Of a stretch of DNA of 64,000 nt, positions 38,338 through 50,300 are shown one piece after another (the stretch's first letter is position 1; the number at the start of each line of letters is the position of its first letter). The DNA is from Botryllus schlosseri. Its lineage: Eukaryota. A model generated the notes under the pieces. That model did not search any database, had not been told where the DNA came from, and saw only the letters and a program-made list of their open reading frames with translations. The stretch spans positions 29,512,001 through 29,576,000 of the forward strand of contig CM119377.1 of NCBI GenBank assembly GCA_051294905.1, written 5' to 3'. A program made the translations under genes and the position numbers.

Positions 38338-41300
38338 CTGAAAGTGAATCGAGTCGATTAGGATGGTGTAACATTGCTTCCCAACCTGGAAAACTGGAAA
38401 CACAAACTGGAAAGATTTTACCAAACTAGATTAAAATCAGAACGGCTGAATTTGCAAAATTTCGAATCGTAAAGATTTACAACAAAGCTCAAGTTCACTT
38501 CATATCAAATCAGACTTCATTCTGATAAGCACGAGGATAGCCAATGTCTGTACAGCGAGCATAACTTGTTTCGCACGATACAGTTCTCCTGAAGCATTTT
38601 CAGGAAAAGCAGCGATTAGACTACAATCATTATCAGAACATAGAAACATTTGACGGATTGGATAATAACCAGAATACTGGCATTGCGATCTAATTAGGCA
38701 ACTAGAATTATTATCAAGTGGTCCAAGTCCGTTCTTAACCACAAGACCGCCAATGCAATTTTATATCTCAATTTCCGGCAAAAATTTGAAGTCATTGTTC
38801 AAAAATGATAGAAATGAAATATGGAACACATTTCCATACATTGTGTCAATGTGTCGTACTACAGAGTTCACGGCTGTACATTGGACTTACCATACGACTG
38901 AATGGTGCAAGTGTGGTACAAAACTGTTTATAAGCAGCCTGCACCTCATTTAGGACCAGTTACATGCTAGGAATATATTTTGAACAAAATTAACAAATCT
39001 CTGTCGAACAATTTAGCGCTGTTTGACAGTGCAACAGAATCTAGCAAACTGTAACGTAGACCAGTTATATGTTGAAGATAGGAAGACTCTTCGAACAAAA
39101 ATTTGTTACATTTCGACAGTAGGGGGAGAGTGGGTAGGTATGGGCCACCAAATCTTGCCAAGCTATAACTTGGCCAAACCTGGTCCAATATTCCAAAATT
39201 TCGGTACAGAGAATCATTAGTTATATGGCTAACTATTACTGATAGAACTGAGCTAAAATACCCATGTATTTGGAGGTGACATCAAATTTCGTAACAATAC
39301 ATCATTTTTTGTAAATAAAAAATAGGGTGTGAGGTATGGGCCGGGGGGTGATGAGGTATGGGCCGCTACCTGTATTGAATCAATAAATGCTATTTATTAT
39401 CCTAAAAACCTCAACTCTTTTCACAGTTACCAATAATATGGATATACTGATATAAAGCTGGTCTGGAAGTGGACAATTCATTTATTTCAATTCCTCTATT
39501 GATCATAAGTCACAACGCATAACGAAACCAGGTAACCGAAAATATGTAACATGAAAATCACTATCAAATAAATTATGCTTCCTTCGCCTCAACTACCCCA
39601 TCAAATCCAAATGTCACAGCTCTATCTTTTCTTGAAGTGGGAGTGACAAACCATAACACATCTTGGAGCATATGATGACATTCTGTGCTAACAAACTTTT
39701 CGCCTCTTCATTAAAGACAGTATTGGCAAACGATTTTGAAATCTTTTTCGTGCGAGATTCATCCCGTTTTTTCCCGATACCTGTTCAATGTAGCTCTACC
39801 AATTTTGTACTGATGAGATGCTTCTCTTTTTAATACCTCCCATGCTCTAACTTTTCATATTGCCAAGCTCAGATATGATTCTGAAAACTGGCTTTTTTCG
39901 TGGGTTTCATGATCTACTTTCAAGCGATGGTATGTAGGAGGGATAATACCAATGCCTTCTGTATTGTAGTGATAAATACCTTTAATAGGATCAATCAAAT
40001 ATTGATTTCAGGTATATGCTACGCTGTCCCATACCCCAGCCTATTGAGGTATGGGCCGGGCCATACCCCAACCTGCTGAAAGGCCCACACCTCGAACACT
40101 CCATTTTGGTGATTCTTACCATAATTTCAAGATACAAGTGATTAACAAAGCATCAAAACTATTCTCAATAGATGGCATATTTCTATAGCTTTCACACCAT
40201 AAATAAGTCTACTCCAAACATGCACATATGTAGACTCAAACAAAAATTTCCTTTTTTCAAATAAATTTACTATTGGCCGTAAAAATTATACATCTCTAGC
40301 TGATTGAAAACCTCTGCTGGCCTCATGGCTGTGAGTAACATGGGTGAGTCTGGAGCCTTTTTCTTACATTCACAGAGCTTGAGCATATATGATATCACAG
40401 TCTCCTGATATGCCAGTGGCCCACACCTAAACAGTGGCCCATACCTACACACTCTCCCCTACAATGCAGCAAACAGAAACATTTCTTTCAAAAGAAAGTC
40501 AACTAATAAAATCATAGTTTTTAGCAGGAATTCACCTTGCAGATAAACTACAATAGATCCACGTAAAACATGTCTAATATCAAAAAGACAACGGCCAATT
40601 TCTCATTACATTACACTTTCCAGTATTTGCTTCTTGGATGCATGCATTCAGTTATCTCAATCACGTACAGGGTTAATTTTGATTTTGGAGTTAAAAATTT
40701 CTTTTTGGTCATTTCAGCGGTCATAGAGGTTGAGAAGCGCTGGTTTATAAGGTGCCACAGTGCCGTACCTGGTGTAGGGTGATCTGGCAGGAAATCCCGG
40801 CCGCATCCCAGGTGGTGGCATCCTGTGCCGTGGCTGTTGTCGGTGATCTAGGTCCGTGCCGCCTTATGAGAAAAAGGAATTAACATATTTTCTTGTTTTT
40901 AAACATGTATACTCAAAAATCATGCTGAGACTATGCTTGTTATGAAGATTTGACAAACAACCTATAAACTTGAATATGGCTTTCAAGACTGTATTCATTG
41001 CAGTATAATTTATCAACTCGAAAGATTTTAGTGCACAATGAAAACCATATGAACAGAGATTCAGATGAAAACCAATCTGGCAAAGTATGATGTTACAAAT
41101 AAATTAAAAAAAAATAATGCCACGAGAAGACAGCTGTACAAATAGCTATGCGGTAGTCATAACTAGACACCAATGGGTCTCGTATTTTTGAGCTAATATA
41201 CAATATAATCGAAATCGAGCGCCTTCATAAATAACCCCGATATATTTAGTCGATACGCAATTAGTTTAAGGAGCATTCCCAAAACGTCAGAGCTACTGCC

Positions 41301-44300
41301 ATGCTTGGGCATGAAATAAACTAGAAAGACTGCATCTGGACACTTGAAAGCTGTAATAGATGGATATTCCAAGGCTGGCGGTCGCAGATTATAAATATCC
41401 GGCTGCCTCCTACCATACTGTGACACCTCGAAAATTGACAATATTTTTTTTTCAAAGCGTGATATGAATTCGATATTAGCGATGACCAGATGAGTGAGAA
41501 TCAAAACTGTACAAGATGCAGAGAGACGTTGAACAGACCAATAGCAGTGTTCCGGTGAATGGAAATGAAATAGGTGAAGATTTGGAAACTTACTTTGTGA
41601 TCCGCTTTCCCAGTCTGAATAATCATCGTATCCATACGGTGGTGGTGCTGGGACTCGTCCTCGTGGGGCTAACAATAAAGCATAGTTAGAGCTGTGCTGC
41701 CCAAATATTTTATGCAACCAAGTCGGCGGGCTAGAATACTGTTTTCCAAATTAGATTACAATTAGAATGAATCGCAAAAACTTTGGAATTGAATTCAATT
41801 CCGCATTATGAAGAAATGCAACAGAATCAAGTTTACAGCAAATAAGTGTTGGTTCTTATAAACACAAGAGTGGCAAATGTCTGTACAGCAAGCTTGGCTC
41901 TTTGGCCAGATACTGTTCTCTGTGACATTTACAGACAAAACCAAGTCACGAGTCCATTTTACCTTTATGATTTTGACTCGAGTCGAGTCATTTTCAATTC
42001 ACCACCGAGTCCAAGTCACGGAGTTTAGTGTCGCGTCTGAGTCAGAGCGTTTTGACTCGAGTTTCAGTCCAAGCCATTGTGTTGACTGTTCAGTGCCGAG
42101 TTATTGTCATGTGAAAGCCACTTTTTACCACCCTGTTCGGTGACATCGAGTGTTTCGCATTCATAATATACTCATTTTCCTCACTTTTAACAGTTTCTGG
42201 TAGTATTTTAAAAGACCAGTAGTGATACATGAAATAATAATAGTGTGATAATAGTTACTATTCTTCGAAATTACAATGAAATGCCTGTATTGCTAGAACC
42301 ATTCCCGAATCACCTGACTTGGTCCGGCCGAGTCATTTCCAAGTCGAGTCATTTTTAATAAAATGACTAGAGTCAAGTCACCAAAAAATCCCGACTCGAG
42401 TCGAATCATTTCCTTTTTAAGAATATGGAATCTTTTTATGAAAATGTTATATTTTTAAAATGACTTTAATCAAGTCGAGTCAACTAAGAATTGCAACACA
42501 AGTCGAGTCATGGCTGGAGTCATTACAACCATGTACCCAAGACTGGCGGAAAAATGTATATAGTCGTCACATGCATGATGAAAATATGAAATGTCACCTT
42601 GATTCATGGACACAAACGCCATTCTTATATTCGGATTGTTCGGATGTCGGTAAATCACAGCACCGGGAGGCGGCGCGTTCATAATTCTTGGTCCTGCCAT
42701 GAAACGCTGTCGCATGCCGGGCATCATGGGCGGCATGATCGGATGTCCGGGACCTTGCAACGCGGGAGAGCCCGGGACCATCCGCGGGTCGAACATTCTT
42801 CTTTGCTGGTACCCCGGCGCCTGGTCGAAACTGGAGGAACGACGCATGCCCATGGGTAATTTACCTCCTGAAAAGAAGATATGGATATCGGTGGATGCTG
42901 TGGTCACAGACAGGGCCGGTAAGTTATTACTACGCATGGTGTGAACCTCTGAAAGGTTCAGGTTCGTGTCAACGCGAACCTTTTTGAAAGGTTCTGTGTG
43001 AACGCGAACTTGAACATCGTGACGTCATATATTGCTAATTCCTACCCAACATTTCAGGCCACATAATGCCACAATGCTGAAGTACATAGTGACTTTTTAA
43101 ACGTCGCCAAATGTATCAACCGGGGCAATCAAATAATATGATAATCCCATAAAATCAATATCTTCCTTCGCTTTGCCAACAATTTTGACGAGGACATGCT
43201 ACGGAATATAAGCTTACGCCTTCACGGTTTAGGCCAGACAGGACAATGTATTCGCCGTCTGAGTGTTGCTGCGTTGATATTGAGCAGAGTGTACAGCAAT
43301 AGCCAACACCCCAATTGCACGGATTTGGCTTTTATGATACAATAAGCATAAGAAATCGAGATGGACCCCGTATGCTTGCTAGATTTTTTACATCAGACAA
43401 CGATATCAATTTCATTGATTGGTTGAATAAGCATCATTCGCTGACTACCTATATGCAGCGACTCTGTTTAACGTCACGATTCGATAGCAGACATTCACAA
43501 TTTCTAAAATCCTGATGTTGCGTCGACAGATCAGCATTTCAACATAAATGATCATATCGGGATGTTCGAAAATAACTCTTTTCAAACTTCACTGGCTACT
43601 TAATAAAATTGTCAAGTTACCGAAAAAAACCGGCACACCAATTTTGGCTCAATTCCAACCACTGGAAGAGGAGTCATTGCAGCACAAATACTTTATTTAA
43701 TAAAAATAAATACAGAAATTTTTCAATTGTTACTGGCTACCTCATGAAATTGGCTCAATGACGACCAGTAGAAGCGAAGATATTAGAGTACTAACTTCTG
43801 AATTTGGAAAGAATAGAACATGCGGTGAATACTGTGATTTGCAATCTCAAATTTTGCACATCGATAACTTCGCAGACACCGGTTGGAATTGATCCAAACT
43901 TGGTTTGCAGCGATTTTTTCAGGTGACCCAACAATTTTATGAAGTAGCAAATAAAATTAGGAAAAAAAAGTTATTTTTGAACAGCCTTAATGATCAATGA
44001 CAATAACATCAATCGAGTGTTTCTGAACACTCCAAAGCCCGTACCGTGGTCTAAAGATGAACTTCGTCCGCTCCCAAATCTGGCGTTCCTTCGAAACGAA
44101 TCCCGTCCTCGGAAATCTGCGACTCTGGGCTGGAATACAAAACACCCTTGAGATTAGCATGTAGGAATGCGATACCATTGGGAATTTTACAGCGCAGAAA
44201 GGCAATGTTTGTAGCAAAAAGATGTTTATCACCGACAAGACGCCGATGATATGAAGACAAGTGTTAACGCAATTTGATAAACTCGTGAATCAGCTAGATT

Positions 44301-47300
44301 TGAGCTCGGTCCACCATTTTTAACAGTGATTTGAATTCATTATTACTAAGACTCAGAGACTACTTCATGACGTTTCGACACCTTCCTATCTTTTCATTGT
44401 ATCGCAATTTTTTTGTTGTGCATTGAACTGATAAAATTGCTAATAAACCAATCCGAATCATTGAATGAATGCCCAGAACATCATTTCCTTGTCTACTGGG
44501 CTCGACAAACCAGTGCAAGTACGCGACTCTGGTTCAAGCATCAATTGTCACGCAACGAGTCGAGCAGTGCAAGTTTTTTTGGGCAATCTCTGATATTATG
44601 TCGTAAACTGACTATTGCGTTGAATAACTAACTGAAGCTTTATTAAAGCAAAGGTAACCAATGTGGCTTTAAGCAACATAGAACACAACTGACAGCAGAA
44701 CAGAAGAGAATAGAATGACACGGTAACGATAAGGCGACACTGTACTGTACAACGTAACTAATCAGATGAAAGTAATGATTGCCTAATTGCGGATCACCAC
44801 ATTCTACCCCCCTTTCATTTTGTAAATTCACATAGAAGAATGACACAAAAACATCAATGACTAACAAAATTACCATACCGATCCGGCTGGCGCCTAACTC
44901 TAGTTGAACGCCGAAGCTCGACGTCTAGATTTCTGCTCGAATCATCTGGTGCATCCTCTGAATGGTTAGATTCTTGAGGCTCTTCATTAGATGACTTCAA
45001 CTCAACGTTAGAAACTTCGCGACTTGGCTCGTGGCCATCGATATCAACAGAACAAGGTTCAGCTTGTTTCGTTTCAGGATTAGTCGATGGTGTTTCTTCT
45101 CCAGTAGGAAAACGGGCCAAATCGTTGAGTGAGACGTTTGACTCGCGGCCGTTAGGAAAACGAACACGTGCGTAAGTCGGGTTGGCTTCAAGAAGTTCGA
45201 CCTCAGAACATAGTTCGTCGCCCTTGTTTCTGACGAATTTGCGTAAGAAAACTGGCCCCGGTGTCAATAGCCATGATGGCACGCTATTCCCCACCATACT
45301 TTTTCTTGGAAAGGAAAAAAATCAGTCATGCGGTGTTGAATTGGTTGACGTGCAAAGTAGCGATCGAACTGAATGTAGCGCATGAGGAAGGGCGTCAGCC
45401 CAACATGATTCTGAGACTCCGGTTGATTTCAAAATGAGTTTGATAGTTCGCCATAATGTTTGATTAGGGCGTTCGCACTGCGAATTTCCTGTTGGGTGGT
45501 AAGGCGTAGTGAAGCTAGTTGCAACCCCGCGAGAATGTAAATAATCCTTGACTTCCTTGGACACGAAAGCGGTGCCTCGGTCACTGTGAACGTATCCCGG
45601 AAGTCCAAAAACAGCGAATAGTGTCGACAAACACGAAACGACGGTTAGCGCGGAAGTGTTGCGACATGGAAAGGCGAACGGAAAACGACTATATTCGTCT
45701 ATGACAACGAACATGAAAGGGGATTTGTTAGATTTCAAAGGCCCTTTGAAGTCTACGTTGATTCTTTCCCAAGGTTTCGTTGCTTTCACAAGCACTTGCG
45801 GATTGCATTTGTAAAAATTTGGTTTGATCTGAGCACAAATGCGGCAACGAGCGCAGGTCTCACGGACGTCATTTAGGGAGAACGAGAGATTTTTCGAACG
45901 AACGAAATGATGCAGCCTTGTGACTCCTGGATGACCCAGAGTGTCGTGTATGCGATTTAGATTAGAACCCAACTCACAGGGTGAAATCGATGCGCAATAC
46001 GAAGATGTGGTCCGCGAAAACATATCAGCCGCAACATTCAGTGCCCCCGGTTTGTGTACGATATCATACGAAAATTGACCAAGTTCGACACGCCACAGCT
46101 GGATTTTGGTATTTTTGATTTTACCTTTAGATTTGCCGTCAAACATGAACGCGACAGATCTTTGGTCAGTAACAAGAGTGAAATGTCTACCATGTAAAAA
46201 ATGAGCCCATTTACGAACTGCCGCGATAATTGAGGACGCTTCTTTCTCAACAGAGGAGTAGCGTATTTCACTTGGCGATAGTGCTTTTGACATGAACGCG
46301 ACCGGTCGACCGTTTTGACTGAGGATAGCTGCAATGGCTGCATTGGAAGCATCACACTCTATTGTGAACGGACTTGTCTCGTCAATCCTACCAAGAGACG
46401 CGTCAACTAACTCGCGTTTTAAATCGTTAAATGCGATAGATGCATTTTCGGAAAGCGGAAATTTTTCGACTGAATACAAAGGACGGATTTTGTCGGAAAA
46501 GTTGGGCAACCATTTCGCATAGTAGGCAAACATACCACACACTCGTTTTAGTTCTGGGTTGTTGCGTGGCGGCAATAAATCGATTAACGGCTTTAGTCTT
46601 TCTGGGTCCGGTTTCATCACGCCATGCGACACGCGATAACCGAGCAAGTCTATTTCCGTAGAACGGATGATCGACTTCGAATGATTGAAAGTGAGGCTGA
46701 ATCGCTGAGCGGCATTGAGAAACGCGTCGAGATTTCGATCGTGGTCGTCCTTATCCATACCGCAAACAGTAATATTATCGAGATAAGCGAATGTGCCGGT
46801 GAGCTTGTCGTCTTTTATGACGTTGTCTATTATTCTTTGAAATGCCGAAACTCCGTTGGTGACTCCAAATGGTAATCGACGGTATTGGTAAAGATTTCCA
46901 GCGGCTTCGAATGCCGTATACGGACGATCATCAGGTGATAGTGCCACTTGATAATACGCGGACTTCAGATCTAACGTACTGAAAACTTTGAAACGGGCGA
47001 TGTTGTTGACTTGGTCATCGATCCTTGGTAAAGGATAGGCGTCTAGTAAGGTATACCTGTTGACCGTCTGAGAGAAGTCGATGACCATGCGCTTCTTGTG
47101 TCGACCGTCATTTACAACAAGAACCTGTGCTCGCCAAGGCGATGAGGACGGCTCGATGATTCCTTCCTTCTCGAGTTTCGCAACTTCCGCTTTAATGAAA
47201 TGTAGATCGGCTTCGCTGTATCTTCTGGATTTAGTGGCAATCGGTTTACAATTCGGTGTCATAAACTTAAAAATTTGCGGTACTTCGACACACGCTTGAG

Positions 47301-50300
47301 CAACTCCGCATACACTGTACTTCTGATCTCGAGGGAGTTCCAAGGTATCTTTATCTCCGTCCATATTGAAAATGACCCGTTAATGCAAGTTCATGAAATC
47401 GAGACCAAGCACCACATCAGCGCATAAATCTTTCATCCCTTTAAGAGGGAATTCCGTATATTTCGTTTCGTTTACAAGAATGTCCGGTCTGTAGAGTTCT
47501 TCAATCTTGCGGGAATGGGATTTAGAAGCAAATGTAACCGTAGAGGAGTACGGAGTGGATTTCAGGTCAATTTCGTTTGCGTATCCAGTGCTTATGAAGC
47601 TTTCCGCGGAACCGGAGTCGATTAAAGCAAAAGTTATGTGGCAGCCGATCTTAACCACGATTCTTGCTTTTATGAGACATTTGGGTACTCCGATGGCGCT
47701 GAAGTATGAGATCATTGCAGTTACTGTTTTCCTGTTGTCGGTGGCCTTTCTCATGCAAACCACTTCATAATGACCTAGGACTCCACAATAGCCACACTCG
47801 CTCCGTTTCGCTGGACATTTATATCGGGAGTGGAATGACTGACCGCAAAAAAAGCACTTCCGATCAGGTTTGATTGTTTTGCTCATTGCGTTGAGTCGAC
47901 TGTGAGTTTCTGTGGATGATAGTTCGACTTCGGGATTCAAAGATTTTTCCAGCGGTTCGACGCCGACAGATGAACATGGAGTGCTGCAATAGATACTAGA
48001 GCTTCGCTGGGCGAATTCTAATGAGCGGGCTTTTGAGATCGCCATTTCGAGTGTTACAGCCCCGTCACTTTCTAATAATCTCTTTCTGATAACGTTTGAT
48101 CGGAGACCAGTAACGAAAGCGTCGCGGATGGACTCCTTGCGATGATCTTCCGCCGAGAGAGTCTTGAATGTGCAATCTTTCGCTAGATCTGCCAAGGCGC
48201 GGGAAAATTCCTCGATCGTCTCTTCGGGCTTCTGAATACGGGTTACTAGCATGTGGCGGACGAAGATTTCGTTCTTTTGCTTGATATAAATTTTGTCGAG
48301 AAGTTCTATTGCGGTATCGTAAGTCGAACTTTCTTCAAAATAGGAATAGACAGACGACGACACGAAATTTGTTAAGATCTTCAACTTGTCGATCTGTGTA
48401 TCTTGATCAAATGATGAAAGAAAATTATCGAAGGTCTTCTTCCAATGCTTATACTGTTTTTCAGCAGAGGCGGAGTCCGGACTAATATCGAGCTTGTCTG
48501 GTTTCAGAATCCTCTGTGCCATAATTCTATGTTGCTTAAATTGTCGTAAACTGACTATTGCGTTGAATAACTAACTGAAGCTTTATTAAAGCAAAGGTAA
48601 CCAATGTGGCTTTAAGCAACATAGAACACAACTGACAGCAGAACAGAAGAGAATAGAATGACACGGTAACGATAAGGCGACACTGTACTGTACAACGTAA
48701 CTAATCAGATGAAAGTAATGATTGCCTAATTGCGGATCACCACATATTATATGAAGATACTGTGATACAGTGACTGTTTAACCCAGTTGGTATGACAATT
48801 TTGCTCATAATAGGGATACAAACTCTCCTCAAAAAATTCTTTCAACAAATTATGTAGAGTAAAAAGTGCATAGTTTTACCTAGAAAAAAACTTATAGGTA
48901 GCAATAACCGTAATGTAAAATCTGCAAAATGTACGCGTGAACTCTGGAAAAGTTGGAGCGAAATTTAGTGTGTCTCAGGATTATGATATGACAAACAAGA
49001 AAATTGTGGACTTGAAGCTTGGATCCAGGTCATGATGAAGTTTTGAAAATAGCGAGCATACGTCGACCTCCGTACGGCATACTTACATCCGGAGCGTTAG
49101 TGATGGTAGAATCCGTGCAGGAGTCGTCAAAAGAAGTGACACGCTTCCTTGGCTTTTTCAAGACTCCTTTGATGGGAGTGGTGGCGCGAGACGACACGCC
49201 TGACGTGACGCTCACAGTCTCATCTCCCAGATCGCTCGTACTTGACATGAGTCGGTTGTCGCTTTTCGTGGATTCCGTTTCATCGCGTTGTAACGCAGGG
49301 TCGCTGTTCTGTTGAACTGCTTCAATGTTCACTTCCTCTGCAGTCTGTTCAGTTAAAATTATGGATTAAATTATACTTTACACAAAATAGATTACAATTT
49401 GATTATCAGTCGCAAAATATAGGAGATGAAAGGGTTGAACATGGCTTGAAGAAAAAGAAAATCGAAGAGTATACTCCTATTGAAACGTACTGACTATTTT
49501 AGGCTGACACTCGCCAGGGGTAATTGTCACCCCCTAGCAGAGAATTAGAAAGCACCTTGCATATCAACAACTGCATCACAAAATATGATGTCACAGGCTT
49601 AAAAATTTTAACACTTGATGAGAACAAATGAATTATTTATGATCAATGTACTACATCAGATTGTGCATGATCTAAAAATAGCGCAGTGATCATAAACCTC
49701 AACGTGGTGACGTCATATTTTTTTCATTTCTCACAATCAATTCACCTTTGAATTACTGCTAAAAGGTATGTAACAAGTCAGCCCACTAACATTTTAAAAA
49801 TGAAACAAGTACAACTTGTACTCGTTATTCAGTAGAAATTTGCGACAAAGCTACTAGTTCTACTGAAGCAGCAATGCCAACTACTTTTATTACATCCGGG
49901 CTAAGGTTTCTATAGGACGTCAAATATGTCAAGGATTTAGGCTTGTACAAACTAGCAGTCCAGTTCGTTGACAGTTCACTAAGTACTGCATGGATTATGT
50001 CAAGAAGAAAAAATCCATAATATCTATTCAATTAGATCTTGAAAGTAGATTACATTCATATGATCTTCCTCCACGGCATCTTTTGTTTGTTTTGGCTTCG
50101 CTTTTCTTCCCCCTCCCTTGTTTCGTAACGCTAACTCCATTCGCCAGTCTGGCTCAAACTTTTTCGACTCTGAACAGAATTTAATTACGATTCAATCATC
50201 TTTTCATCCATTTCGAGTTGAATTTCAATGCGGGCACAGGCATTCAAGTTGTTCAAGAATCACTTCTTTCTCAAATTCTACTGGCTATTCGATAAAATTG

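Larger units (their letters stand above)
44599..48744 (-). mobile_element. Full-length Ty3/Gypsy LTR retrotransposon (4146 bp; Mag-like Gag with two CCHC knuckles)
   Basis: 203-bp LTRs at 44599-44801 and 48542-48744, TG...CA, identical by visual comparison. 5-bp TSD TATTA (44594-44598 / 48745-48749). PPT AATGAAAGGGGGGTAGAA next to the 3' LTR. Domain order Gag-PR-RT-RH-IN. Confidence 0.97.

Noticed and set aside
23617-44631. ORFs 23617-23919 and 44413-44631 sharing ELIKLLINQ
   Set aside because: Copies of a non-coding dispersed repeat (also near 34140 and 37850).
45322-47382. Separate gag and pol genes joined by a ribosomal frameshift
   Set aside because: All three ORF-track segments are in the same frame. 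The breaks are in-frame stops, not frameshifts.
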